This document shows positions 54,864 through 64,000 of a stretch of DNA of 64,000 nucleotides, in pieces; the first letter of the stretch is position 1; every line of letters starts with the position of its first letter. The position numbers and the translations under genes are program-made. The notes under the pieces were generated by a model. The model had not been told where the DNA came from. It did not search any database and worked only from the letters and a program-made list of their open reading frames with translations. Origin of the DNA: Candidatus Sericytochromatia bacterium (GTDB taxonomy: Bacteria > Cyanobacteriota > Sericytochromatia > S15B-MN24 > UBA4093); assembly GCA_036676495.1 (NCBI GenBank), contig JAKFCT010000029.1:1-64000 (forward strand), read 5' to 3'.

Positions 54864-56009
54864 ATGGCTGAGAAAGTCGTCACTCCTGAGAAGCCCTACT
54901 TCCCGGGGCTCGAAGGCGTCATCGTCGCGATTTCGGGGTTGACCTCGATCGACGGTACCGTAGGCAAGCTCATGTATCGTGGCTACAACATCCACGAGCT
55001 GGCACAGAACTCGACCTACGAAGAAGTGGTCTACCTGCTCTTCAACGGCGAGCTTCCCACGGCCGCGCAGCTCGACGAGCTGAAGAAGACCCTGGCTGCC
55101 AACCGCGAGCTTCCTTCGCAGGTGATTGACCTCCTGCGCTTGATGCCCAAGGATGCTAACCCCATGGCGGCGCTGCGGACCGCCGTCTCGGCGCTCGCCT
55201 TCTACGATGCCGAGGCCGAGGACAACGCGCATGAGTCGGTCGTCCGCAAGGCGTACCGCGTGACCGCCAAGATGGCCACCATCGTGGCGGCCTTCGACCG
55301 GATCCGCAACGGCAAGGAGCCCGTGGCCCCCAAGACGGATCTCAGCCATGCCGCGAACTTCCTCTACATGCTGAACGGCGAGGTTCCCAACGATGTCTTC
55401 GCCCGGGCCTTCGACATCGCGCTGATCCTGCACGCCGACCACGAGATGAACGCCTCGACCTTCGCGGCGCGCGTCACGGCGTCGACGCTCTCCGACTACT
55501 ACTCGGCCATCACCTCGGCGGTGGGCACCCTGAAGGGCGCCCTTCACGGCGGCGCCAACACCAACGTCATGAAGATGCTGCTCGAGATCGGCGACGAGGC
55601 CAAGGTCGAGGATTACATCCGCACCGGCCTCGCCAACAAGCAGCGCTTCATGGGCTTCGGCCACCGGGTCTACAAGACCATGGACCCCCGCGCCATCGAG
55701 CTCAAGAAGGTCTCGCGCGACCTCGGCGAGCGCGCCGGCAACCTCAAGTGGTTCAACATGTCGGAGAAGATCCACAGCATGGTGACCGCGGAGAAGGGCC
55801 TGGATCCCAACGTCGACTTCTACTCGGCCTCGGCCTACTACATGATGGGCATCGCCCTCGACCTCTACACCCCGATCTTCGCGGTGAGCCGGATCGCGGG
55901 CTGGTCGGCCAACGTCATCGAGCAGTACGAGAAGAACCGCCTGATGCGGCCCGACTCGGACTACGTGGGGCCCTCCGAGCGCTCCTACGTTCCGATGAAC
56001 CAGCGCTAA
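54864..56009 (+). CDS. gltA: Citrate synthase (short type)
   Basis: GLEGV, YRGY, HADHEMNAST, LHGGAN, MGFGHRVY, DPR, PNVDFY. Confidence 0.95.
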   Translation: MAEKVVTPEKPYFPGLEGVIVAISGLTSIDGTVGKLMYRGYNIHELAQNSTYEEVVYLLFNGELPTAAQLDELKKTLAANRELPSQVIDLLRLMPKDANPMAALRTAVSALAFYDAEAEDNAHESVVRKAYRVTAKMATIVAAFDRIRNGKEPVAPKTDLSHAANFLYMLNGEVPNDVFARAFDIALILHADHEMNASTFAARVTASTLSDYYSAITSAVGTLKGALHGGANTNVMKMLLEIGDEAKVEDYIRTGLANKQRFMGFGHRVYKTMDPRAIELKKVSRDLGERAGNLKWFNMSEKIHSMVTAEKGLDPNVDFYSASAYYMMGIALDLYTPIFAVSRIAGWSANVIEQYEKNRLMRPDSDYVGPSERSYVPMNQR

Positions 56010-56026
56010 GCGATAGACATTCAGGA

Positions 56027-56062
56027 AGCGGGGCCGGCAATCGCCGGCCCCGCTACTATTTT
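56027..56062 (+). terminator. Terminator of gltA
   Basis: 12-bp stem AGCGGGGCCGGC/GCCGGCCCCGCT followed by ACTATTTT. Confidence 0.8.
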
Positions 56063-56258
56063 GTCCCCCTTGCAGAATCCTCTTACGGGCGTAGCCCTAC
56101 CTCCGGATTCTGCATCGCCGCAGGCGATACCGGGGGGACCTCGATGTAGCCGAGAGGGGGGTGTTTGCCGGCGCAGCGATGGCGTTCCTCGTTTTAAGGA
56201 ACCTGGGAGCAGTGACACCCCCCTCGGCTTCGCCGGTCCCCCCGTCAAGGGGGGACAA
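56061..56258. mobile_element. ~200-bp MITE/REP-doublet with long imperfect terminal inverted repeats
   Basis: Left TTGTCCCCCTTG..CGGGGGGACC..AGCCGAGAGGGGGGTGT; right ACACCCCCCTCGGCTTCGCCGGTCCCCCCGTCAAGGGGGGACAA. Confidence 0.7.
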
Positions 56259-56269
56259 GATAGGGAAGA

Positions 56270-57067
56270 TTAGATCGACAAGTCGCGGCGGTTGAAGGCC
56301 AGCCAGGCCACGATCAGGCTCAGGACCGTGACTCCGCCGAGGTAAGCCCAGGCCAAAGGGTCGGGGGGAGTGCCTTGCAGCAGGACCTTGGGGTCGAATT
56401 GCTTGAAAATCGACCAAACGCGGTAGGGTTCGGCCGTCTTCCAGAACTGGCCGAGCGCATCGATGGCATACGAGCCGACGGCGAAGCCGAGCGCCCAGCC
56501 GAGGGCCTTGCCGCCTTCGCTCGACAGGGCCGAGCAGGCGAGCGCGAAGCCTCCGATGCAGCCAAACAAGAGGATCATGCCGACCACGGCCCAGAAGTAG
56601 CCGAGGACGCCGGCGGGAAGGGGTTCATGTTGGAAGGCCAAGCCGGCGGCGGTGGCGAGCACGGTGACGAGCGCGAGCGCGAGGATGCCGGTTGCGAGGG
56701 TGAGGGCCTTGGCGGCGACGAGCTGGCTGCGGGTGATCGGGTAGGCGAGCGTGAGGCCGAGGGTGCCGCGCTCGATGTCCGAGGCGATCGCCCGGGATCC
56801 GTAGCCCACGGCCCAGGCTCCGCAGAGGGTCAGCCAGACGGGGTGGGTGTAGACGATGGCGAGCACGCCCGAGAGGCCTTGGACCTGGAGGCGATCGCCG
56901 ACCAGCGGGCGAAGGAAGGACGGGATGATCTTGATCGCCTGGCTGAGCGTGTCCTGGATCGACGGGGCGATGAGGGCCATCACGAAGGCGAAGAGGCCGA
57001 CGGCGCCCGTCAGGGAGAGCATGACCCGGCGGTTGAGGCGAAGTTCATGGCGAAAGAGGTTCAGCAT
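56270..57067 (-). CDS. ABC-2 type exporter permease
   Basis: Six hydrophobic segments; IERGTL..LAYPITR..K; FNRRDL. Confidence 0.9.
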   Translation of the reverse strand: MLNLFRHELRLNRRVMLSLTGAVGLFAFVMALIAPSIQDTLSQAIKIIPSFLRPLVGDRLQVQGLSGVLAIVYTHPVWLTLCGAWAVGYGSRAIASDIERGTLGLTLAYPITRSQLVAAKALTLATGILALALVTVLATAAGLAFQHEPLPAGVLGYFWAVVGMILLFGCIGGFALACSALSSEGGKALGWALGFAVGSYAIDALGQFWKTAEPYRVWSIFKQFDPKVLLQGTPPDPLAWAYLGGVTVLSLIVAWLAFNRRDLSI

Positions 57068-57957
57068 GCGGGTTCCGCTTCGTAGTAGCGCATGAAGATG
57101 TCTTCGAGGCTTGCGCGGGTGACCTGGAGATCGTTCACGGTATAAGCTGCCAGCCGCTTGATGAGCGGATCGATCCCACCGGTGACGGTGAAGGTCCAGC
57201 GTCCATCCCCGTGGGAAACGGCCTCGACTCCGTCGAGCGCGAAGGCCTCCATCGGGGGAGTTTCCGCCAGGGAGACCTCCACCTTGCGGGTGGCGCGGGC
57301 CTTCAGGGCCCGGACTTCCTCGGTGACGAGCAGGCGGCCGGCGCGAATCAGGGCCACGCGATCGCAGTTGCGTTCGACCTCGCTGAGGACGTGGCTGGAC
57401 ATGAAGACGGTGGCGCCCTGGTTGCGGGCTTCGGTCAGGAGTTGGAAGAAGGTGTGCTGGATGAGGGGGTCGAGCCCTTCGGTGGGCTCATCGAGGATGA
57501 GCAAGCGCGGGCGGTGCATGAGCGCCTGGACGATGGCGATCTTCTGCTTCATGCCCTTGGAGTAGGTGCGGATGGGGCGCGCGAGGCCGGAGGCGATGTC
57601 CAGGCGTTCGCAGAGCTCCCGGCGGAAGCGGGGATCGACGTGCTGGCGGAACCGGGAGAGGGTATCGAGGAGCGCCTCTCCCGTCAAGCGTTCCTCCAGG
57701 TGGACCTCACCGGGCAAGAAGCCGATGAGCTGGCGCACCTGGAGGGAATCCGCCTGGCAATCGAGACCCAGGACATGGGCCGATCCGGAGTCCGGCCTCA
57801 GGAAATCCAGGAGGACCCGGATGGTCGTGGTCTTTCCCGCCCCGTTGGGGCCCAGGAAGCCGAACATTTCGCCTTCTTGGACCTCGAGGGAGACGTCCTG
57901 GATGCCCTTCCCGGAGCCGTAGGTCTTGGTGAGGGCCCGGGTCTCGATGGCTGGCAT
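57061..57957 (-). CDS. ABC exporter ATP-binding subunit
   Basis: GPNGAGKTT, YSKGMKQK, LDEPT, SSH. Confidence 0.95.
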   Translation of the reverse strand: MPAIETRALTKTYGSGKGIQDVSLEVQEGEMFGFLGPNGAGKTTTIRVLLDFLRPDSGSAHVLGLDCQADSLQVRQLIGFLPGEVHLEERLTGEALLDTLSRFRQHVDPRFRRELCERLDIASGLARPIRTYSKGMKQKIAIVQALMHRPRLLILDEPTEGLDPLIQHTFFQLLTEARNQGATVFMSSHVLSEVERNCDRVALIRAGRLLVTEEVRALKARATRKVEVSLAETPPMEAFALDGVEAVSHGDGRWTFTVTGGIDPLIKRLAAYTVNDLQVTRASLEDIFMRYYEAEPAC

Positions 57958-57971
57958 GTTAGCCGCAGGCG

Positions 57972-58952
57972 CTAGGCGAGGAGGTGCGAAACGCCTTCGC
58001 GCTCCTCGTTGAGCTCGGCGAGGGTGGCGTCCATCTTCTCGCGGCTGAAGGCGTCAATCTCCAGGCCCTGGACGATCTGGTAGTCGCCGTTGGCGCAGGT
58101 GACGGGGAAGCCGTACATGACGCCTTCGGGGATGCCGTAGGAGCCGTCGGAGGGCACGCCCATGGTCACCCAAGCGCCGTTGGTGCCGAGGACCCAGTCA
58201 CGGACGTGGTCGATGGCGGCATTGGCGGCCGAGGCGGCCGACGAGAGGCCCCGGGCCTCGATGATGGCGGCCCCGCGCTTGGCGACCGTCGGGATGAAGG
58301 TCTCGCGGTTCCAGTTCTCGTCGTTGACGAGGCCCTTGACCGGCTGGCCGTCGACCTTGGCGAAGCGGTAGTCGGGGTACTGGGTGGTGGAGTGGTTGCC
58401 CCAGACGACCATCTGCGTGATGCCGCCGACGGCCTTGCCGGTCTTGGAGGCGAGCTGCGCGAGGGCGCGGTTGTGGTCGAGGCGCAGCATGGCGGTGAAG
58501 TTGCGGGGGTTGAGGTCGGGAGCGCTCTTCATGGCGATGTAGGCGTTGGTGTTGGCGGGGTTGCCGACCACGAGCACCTTGACGTCACGCTTGGCCACCT
58601 TGTTGAGGGCCTTGCCCTGGGTGGTGAAGATGGCGGCGTTGGCCTCCAGGAGATCCTTGCGCTCCATGCCCTTGCCACGGGGGCGGGCGCCGACCAGGAG
58701 AGCGACATCCGCGTCCTTGAAGGCCACCTCGGGATCATCCGTGCCGACCACACCGGCGAGCAAGGGGAAGGCGCAGTCCTCGAGCTCCATCATCACGCCC
58801 GAAAGCGCGGTTTGAGCCTGAGGGAGGTCGAGCAGCTGGAGGACGACCGGCTGATCCTTGCCGAGCATTTCGCCGCTGGCAATGCGGAAGAGCAGGCTGT
58901 AGCCGATCTGTCCGGCGGCACCGGTGACGGCGACAATCTTCGGGGCTTTCAT
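57972..58952 (-). CDS. mdh: Malate dehydrogenase
   Basis: [46 protein letters not shown]. Confidence 0.97.
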   Translation of the reverse strand: MKAPKIVAVTGAAGQIGYSLLFRIASGEMLGKDQPVVLQLLDLPQAQTALSGVMMELEDCAFPLLAGVVGTDDPEVAFKDADVALLVGARPRGKGMERKDLLEANAAIFTTQGKALNKVAKRDVKVLVVGNPANTNAYIAMKSAPDLNPRNFTAMLRLDHNRALAQLASKTGKAVGGITQMVVWGNHSTTQYPDYRFAKVDGQPVKGLVNDENWNRETFIPTVAKRGAAIIEARGLSSAASAANAAIDHVRDWVLGTNGAWVTMGVPSDGSYGIPEGVMYGFPVTCANGDYQIVQGLEIDAFSREKMDATLAELNEEREGVSHLLA

Positions 58953-59171
58953 CGTGGCATCTCCTTAAACTTGATACGTTGCTGCAGTTCGCGAGAGGAA
59001 GTCGCTGCAGGGACTCGGTTAGGGCGTTCGCTGACGCGGCGGGGCCTCATGAACCCGGCCTCCGAGGGAAAGCGCGTTGGCCGGGCCGCAAGAATGTCAA
59101 CCGGGAAGCGAGCGGAATCGGTCCTGATCGTATCACGAGGGCCCTGCCGAGCGGTAGGGGAAGCGTACGGA

Positions 59172-59999
59172 TCAGCGCCGGGACAGCTCCTCGTACAGGG
59201 CCTCGCGGTAGAACGTCTGGACGCCGCGGGTCACGGGGCCGGGCAGGCCGTTCCCGACGGGGCGTCCGTTGACGGCGACCAGGGGCACGACCCCCATGAC
59301 GGCGTTGGTGAGGAAGGCCTCGCTCGCCTCCTGGAAGGCCTCGGGGAGAATCGATCCGGTTTCGCAGTTCGACTCGTTCAGCAGTTCCAGCACCAGGCCG
59401 CGCGCCACGCCGGCGAGGCCGCCATGCCTGAGGGCGGGAGTGCGAATCTGGCCGTCCTGGACCACGAAGACCGAGGACGCCGCCCCCTCGGCAAGGTGTC
59501 CGGTGGTATCCAACAGCAAAGCCTCGTCAACCCCGGCCATTTTGGCCTCTTCGCGAGCCCAGCGGTAGGGAAAGTAGCTGAGCGTCTTGTGTCCGGCGAG
59601 AGGCGAGACGGGTGAGAGGCGCAGGGTCTCGCTGATGAGGGCCGTCATCGTTTGCGGAGCTGGGGGCAAGGGGACGGCGTGGATTGCAAGCATGGCGGGA
59701 AGCGCGTGGTCGGGGTTTCCCCGGGTCAGGGTCAGGCGGATGCGCGCGTCGTGGAGGCCGTTGGCCTCCAGCAGTTGGCCAATGTCTTCCAGGATCTCGG
59801 GGGCCTTCCGGGGAAGGGTCAGGGCAAAGCGTTCGGCGCTCTTGGTCAAGCGCTTGACGTGGCGGTCGAAGAGGGGAAGCTGGCCTCCGAAGGCCGCCAT
59901 GGTCTCCATGAGGCCGAAGCCTTGCAGCAGGCCCTCGTCGAGCAGGGGGATGGTGGCCTCTTGGGCGGGCAAGAGCTTGCCGTTCAGGATGACGTACAT
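59172..59999 (-). CDS. pabC: Class IV aminotransferase, probable aminodeoxychorismate lyase
   Basis: G.GLMETM, HVKRL, RLTLTRG, HKT, EGAASSVF, L.GVAR, FLTNA; overlaps pabB. Confidence 0.8.
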   Translation of the reverse strand: MYVILNGKLLPAQEATIPLLDEGLLQGFGLMETMAAFGGQLPLFDRHVKRLTKSAERFALTLPRKAPEILEDIGQLLEANGLHDARIRLTLTRGNPDHALPAMLAIHAVPLPPAPQTMTALISETLRLSPVSPLAGHKTLSYFPYRWAREEAKMAGVDEALLLDTTGHLAEGAASSVFVVQDGQIRTPALRHGGLAGVARGLVLELLNESNCETGSILPEAFQEASEAFLTNAVMGVVPLVAVNGRPVGNGLPGPVTRGVQTFYREALYEELSRR

Positions 60000-61411
60000 G
60001 CGGCCTCCGTGGGGGGTGTCGGGGCCGGGGGAGCAATCGCCTGCATCAGGGCGGCGGCCTTGTCGAGGGTCTCCTGGTACTCCGAGGCGGCGTCGGAGTC
60101 CGCCACGATGCCGCCGCCGACCTGGACGTAGGCGCGGCCGTCCTGGACGAGGGCGGTGCGGATCACGATGGAGAGGTCCAGGCTGCCGTCGAGGCCCCAG
60201 TAGCCGATCGAGCCGGTGTAGGGGCCGCGCCGCGTGGGTTCGAGGCCTTCGAGGATCTCCATGGAGCGGAGCTTGGGGGCTCCGGTGATCGAGCCGCCCG
60301 GAAAGCTCGCCCGGATGAGGTCGACGGCGTCCAGGCCATCCTTGAGCGTGCCTTCGACGGTCGAGACGAGGTGCCAGACGGTGGGGTGCGCCTCCAGGCG
60401 AAACCGCTCCGGAACGCGCACCGAGCCGATTTCACAGACCCGGCCCAGGTCGTTGCGTTCGAGGTCGACGATCATGAGGTGCTCGGCGCGGTCCTTGCGG
60501 CTGTTTTCGAGCTCTTGAGCGAGCCGGCGATCCTCTGACGGGGTCTGGCCGCGGGGTCGGGTGCCCTTGATGGGGAGGGTTTCGACGCGGCCGTCGCGGA
60601 GCTGGAGGAAGCGTTCCGGGGAGGCGGAGACCAGGGTGACGTCGGGATAGCGCAGGAAGGCCCCGAAGGGGGCGGGGTTGGCGTCGCGCAGGCGCAGGTA
60701 GAGGGCGGCGGGATCTCCCGTGACGGGGATCTCGAAGCGCTGGGAGAGGTTGGCCTGGTAGATGTCTCCGGCCGCGATGTGGGCCTGGACGTGGGCGATC
60801 GCCGCCTCGTACTCCTCCCGGGTGAAGGTCGAGCTCCAGGAGCCCGTGGCTTCGAAGGGGGCGAGAGGGGGCGCTTCCGCTTCGAGCCAGGCCAGGGTTT
60901 CCTCCAGGCGGCGCAGCGCTTCGCGTTCGCGCGACTCCGGGGCATGCGGCAGCCCGGAGCTGATGAGCCAGCCCGCTCCGTCCCGGAAGGCGAAGACGAC
61001 GTCGTACCAGGCAAACTGGAGATCGGGCAGGTTCAGGTCGTCCCGGGCGATGGTGGGCATGGCCTCGAGCTGACGGCCCAGGTCGTAGGAGAGGTAGCCG
61101 ACGGCACCGCCCAGGAAGGGGGGAGCGTCGGGGGGAGGGCTCTCGATCCGCCAGGCGGCGTGGACGTGACGGAGGGCCTCCAGGGGGTCCTCGGTGGAGG
61201 TCCAGGCGGCGGGAGCCGAGGAGCCATGGGGGATGGCATGGTGAACGGTCTTGCCGGAGGCTCGAAGTTCGCGGCGGGCTCCGAAGCCCAGGAAGGTCCA
61301 GGATTCCGAGCCTCCATCGAGCACGAAAGCGTCGGGCTGGGCCACGATCCGTCGGATGAGGGCCGAGAGGGATAGAGATGAGGGCAAGGGGGCGATGATC
61401 GGGGCTTTCAA
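59984..61411 (-). CDS. pabB: Aminodeoxychorismate synthase component I
   Basis: GYLSYDL, GDIYQAN, SPERFL, PIKGT, AEHLMIVDLERNDL, FPGGSITGAPK; TTG 61411 after AAAGGA. Confidence 0.92.
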   Translation of the reverse strand: MKAPIIAPLPSSLSLSALIRRIVAQPDAFVLDGGSESWTFLGFGARRELRASGKTVHHAIPHGSSAPAAWTSTEDPLEALRHVHAAWRIESPPPDAPPFLGGAVGYLSYDLGRQLEAMPTIARDDLNLPDLQFAWYDVVFAFRDGAGWLISSGLPHAPESREREALRRLEETLAWLEAEAPPLAPFEATGSWSSTFTREEYEAAIAHVQAHIAAGDIYQANLSQRFEIPVTGDPAALYLRLRDANPAPFGAFLRYPDVTLVSASPERFLQLRDGRVETLPIKGTRPRGQTPSEDRRLAQELENSRKDRAEHLMIVDLERNDLGRVCEIGSVRVPERFRLEAHPTVWHLVSTVEGTLKDGLDAVDLIRASFPGGSITGAPKLRSMEILEGLEPTRRGPYTGSIGYWGLDGSLDLSIVIRTALVQDGRAYVQVGGGIVADSDAASEYQETLDKAAALMQAIAPPAPTPPTEAACTSS

Positions 61412-61430
61412 GGGAAGATCCTTTACTATC

Positions 61431-61525
61431 GCACGCTTGAGGCGCAGCCGCACGCTTGAGGCGCAGCCGCCCGCTTGAGGCGCAGCCGCCCGCTTGAGGC
61501 GCAGCCGCACGCTTGAGGCGCAGCC
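61431..61525. repeat. Five tandem 19-bp repeats in the divergent pabB/cutA promoter region
   Basis: GC(A/C)CGCTTGAGGCGCAGCC x5; variant order A,A,C,C,A. Confidence 0.95.
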
Positions 61526-61599
61526 GCTCCCACTCTAACATGTAGACTGGTAGGGTCTGAAGCCCATGAAATCGCAGCCCATCAGAAAGGGGAGGCCCC

Positions 61600-61920
61600 A
61601 TGCGCATCATCTTGACGACGACGTCCCCGGCGGATGCCCCGCAGCTGGCCCGCGCGCTCCTGGAGGAGCGGGTGATCGCGTGCTGCAACGTCTTGCCGTC
61701 GGTGTCGAGCATGTACTGGTGGAAGGGGGAGATCGCGACGGACACGGAGGCGCTGCTGGTGCTCAAGACCGCCGCGGAGCAGGTCGACGCGGCGGTCCGC
61801 CGGATCGCGGAGCTGCATCCGTACGAGGTGCCCGAGATCGTGGTGATTCCGGTCGAGTCGGCCTTCGAGCCGTACGTGAACTGGGTGCGGGAGAGCTGCC
61901 GAGCGACCCTCGAGGACTAA
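61600..61920 (+). CDS. cutA: Divalent-cation tolerance protein CutA
   Basis: ACCN, SMYWWKG, E..L.LKT, HPYEVPE, YVNW. Confidence 0.95.
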   Translation: MRIILTTTSPADAPQLARALLEERVIACCNVLPSVSSMYWWKGEIATDTEALLVLKTAAEQVDAAVRRIAELHPYEVPEIVVIPVESAFEPYVNWVRESCRATLED

Positions 61921-62155
61921 CAGGCTGCTGGAAAAGCTCACGAATTGAGCGACCTACTTGGAAGAGGCGCGGCGGGTCCCGAGATCTGGGGGCCCGCCGC
62001 GTCGTCCTCACGGTCGTCCCCAGGCCGAGCTAAAGAAGGGGCCCCCATCGACCATCCGCATCGCTGCGGCAGCCTACAACCTGGTGAGGATGAGAAAGCT
62101 GCTGGCGTCGCTCGCCCGCTCCTTCACTAAAACGCGGGGTTATTTCAGCCGCCTG
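61921..62155 (+). mobile_element. Internally deleted IS5/IS1182-like element (235 bp)
   Basis: Imperfect TIRs CAGGCTGCTGGAAAA / TATTTCAGCCGCCTG (12/15 match), flanks CTAA and CTAG, residual transposase C-terminus AAAYNLVRMRKLL. Confidence 0.75.
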
Positions 62156-62965
62156 CTAGCCGCCGGATTGCTTCCAGCGGATCAGGATGGTCTCGCGCTG
62201 GAAGAGGCGGACGGCGATGGGCAGGGTGAGGGCCAGGAGGGCGAGGACCACGGCCCAGATGCCGAGGAGCCGGCCCATGGTGAGGGTCATGCCCTGGGTG
62301 CTCTGGATGACGATCATGGCAACCAGGGGAGCGATGAGCACGGCGCCGAGCTGGTTGGCGGTGCGGACCTCGGTGACCCAGGCCGAGACGATGACCAGGA
62401 ACATGACCGTGAGCAAGGTGAGACTGGGGCCGAGCACGCCGATCGCGAAGAGCCAGGGGGGCGAGAGCAAGGTCGCCGACAGGACCTCCGGGGTGGTCAG
62501 GCGCTTTGCGGCAACGATCAGGGCGGCGTAGGGAAGCCAGGTGAAGAGGAGGGCCGGAAGCACCGAGGCCAGGGCCTTGCCCACGAGGAGCTCCCAGGTG
62601 CGGATCGGGGTGGCGAGCAGGGGCTCGAGGGTGCCGGCTTCCTTTTCTCCGACGATGGAGGTGGCGGCGAGGATGCTGGGGATGGTGACCGGCAAGATCA
62701 GGCCGATCAGGAAGAAGGGGGAGAGGGCGGCGTACTGGGCGAGGGCCATGGGTTTCGCGCCTTCGAGCTGGGGAGGCAGGGAGAGATTCGCGGGAAGGGC
62801 CAGCAGTTCGGGGGGAAGTCCCGCCGGGGGATAGGTCGCCAGGTAGAGGCTGATGAGGGCGAGCGAGGGCAGCAAGAGGGAGGGGATGACGAGGGCGATC
62901 AGGATGCCCCAGTTGCGACGCAGGTCCTGAAGCTCCTTCGAGAGGATGATGAGCGCGCTAGTCAA
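62156..62965 (-). CDS. ABC-2 type exporter permease
   Basis: KELQDL, SIVGEKEAGTLEPLLATPI, ELLVGK; hydrophobic segments. Confidence 0.9.
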   Translation of the reverse strand: MTSALIILSKELQDLRRNWGILIALVIPSLLLPSLALISLYLATYPPAGLPPELLALPANLSLPPQLEGAKPMALAQYAALSPFFLIGLILPVTIPSILAATSIVGEKEAGTLEPLLATPIRTWELLVGKALASVLPALLFTWLPYAALIVAAKRLTTPEVLSATLLSPPWLFAIGVLGPSLTLLTVMFLVIVSAWVTEVRTANQLGAVLIAPLVAMIVIQSTQGMTLTMGRLLGIWAVVLALLALTLPIAVRLFQRETILIRWKQSGG

Positions 62966-63899
62966 GTTTCAGGCTCCCGGTGAGCGAGAGGTAGGCCTGT
63001 TCGAGGGAGGCCTGTTCTTCGCGGACGAAGCGGATTTCGGCGCCGTGCTCCACGAGCTTGCGGACGAGCAGGGGGTTCTGGGCGCGCGGATCGCCGAGGG
63101 CGACGGAGAGGGTGGGGGGATCGCCTGGCGAGGCGGCTTGCCAGAGGGCGCTCGTGACGAAGGGGAGGGTCTTGGCGGCCGCGAGGAGGGCGTCGTCGCG
63201 GCGGGAAAGTTCGATGAGGGTGCGGCTGCCGAAGCGGCCGCGGCGGAGGCCCTGCGGGGTGTCGATCGCGAGGATCTTGCGCCGGAAGACGGCGACCCGG
63301 TCGCAGAGGCGTTCGGCTTCCTCGAGGCGGTGCGTACACAGAAAGACGGTCTTGCCTTGGGCTTTGAGGCCTGAGATGAAGTCGCGGACCAGGTAGGAGG
63401 CTTCGGGGTCGAGTCCGGAGGTCGGCTCATCCAGGAAGACGAGCTGGGGGTCGTGGATGAGGGCCCGGGCGATGGCGATCTTCTGGGTCATGCCCTTGGA
63501 GAATCGTCCGACGGGCTTGTCCTGGTAGGCCTCCATCTGGAGCATGCGAAGCATGGCGCGGGCGCGGGCGTCGGCGGCCTGGGCGGTGAGGCCGTAGAGC
63601 CTGGCGTAGAAGCGCAGGTTGTCGAGCGGGGAGAGCTTGCGGTAGAGGCCGGGGGATTCGGTGAGGATGCCGACGCGCTGTCGGATCTGGTGGCCTTGCT
63701 TGCGGACGTCGAAGCCTGCGACATGGGCGTCGCCGTCGCTGGGGGAGATGAGGGCGGCGAGCATGCGAATGACGGTGGTCTTCCCGGCGCCGTTGGGTCC
63801 GAGGAAGCCGAAGACTTCGCCGGCGGGGACCTGGAGGGTGAGGGAGTCGACGGCGATGAAGGACCCGAACCGTCGGGTCAGGCGCTGGGTGGCGATCAC
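62958..63899 (-). CDS. ABC exporter ATP-binding subunit
   Basis: GPNGAGKTT, FSKGMTQK, LDEPTSGLDP, CTH; GTG 63899 after AAGGAG. Confidence 0.95.
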   Translation of the reverse strand: MIATQRLTRRFGSFIAVDSLTLQVPAGEVFGFLGPNGAGKTTVIRMLAALISPSDGDAHVAGFDVRKQGHQIRQRVGILTESPGLYRKLSPLDNLRFYARLYGLTAQAADARARAMLRMLQMEAYQDKPVGRFSKGMTQKIAIARALIHDPQLVFLDEPTSGLDPEASYLVRDFISGLKAQGKTVFLCTHRLEEAERLCDRVAVFRRKILAIDTPQGLRRGRFGSRTLIELSRRDDALLAAAKTLPFVTSALWQAASPGDPPTLSVALGDPRAQNPLLVRKLVEHGAEIRFVREEQASLEQAYLSLTGSLKLD

Positions 63900-64000
63900 G
63901 GCGGGCTCCTTTTCATGGGAGGAGCGTAGGCAATCGAGCAAGCCCTGTCAACTCGCGGAGAACAACTTGGCCAAGCTCACCTAACCCTTTCTTCCCTCGA

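Noticed and set aside
51241-59615. Long antisense ORFs (51241-52896, 53167-54693, 57984-59615 and similar ones elsewhere)
   Set aside because: Shadow frames opposite well-conserved genes, expected in high-GC DNA; no motifs
61431-61525. Possible CRISPR array, or N-terminal extension of PabB (ORF start 61510)
   Set aside because: No spacers; the extension is translated repeat, and a TTG with RBS lies at 61411

Overview
High-GC bacterial chromosome segment. Gene content (flagellar genes, orphan Pro/Ala-rich proteins, a cyanobacteria/Firmicutes-like gene set) suggests a motile non-photosynthetic Cyanobacteriota relative such as Sericytochromatia; this is inference only. In order: end of the atp operon; a block of orphan, mostly signal-peptide-less proteins sharing upstream promoter-like motifs; a tandem Clp-N protein plus sensor kinase; three related lipoproteins; a sigma28-driven fliC-flaG-fliD-fliS-fliT locus with an adjacent ~18 kb lower-GC pseudaminic-acid/flagellin glycosylation island; a 6S RNA; tsaE/tsaB/rimI interrupted by a deleted flagellin pseudogene; fapA; a tightly coupled four-gene operon (inactive UvrD-like + active UvrD-like helicase + stand-alone Fe-S PD-(D/E)XK nuclease + RecJ); a GIY-YIG gene bracketed by perfect 29-bp inverted CGTC-type REPs; a tyrS-kinase-ANTAR operon; gltA, mdh, pabB/C, cutA and two ABC exporters; several MITE/REP/IS remnants. 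Best candidates for undescribed systems: the split AddAB/AdnAB-like + RecJ operon, the REP-flanked GIY-YIG cassette, and the putative co-regulated orphan effector set.
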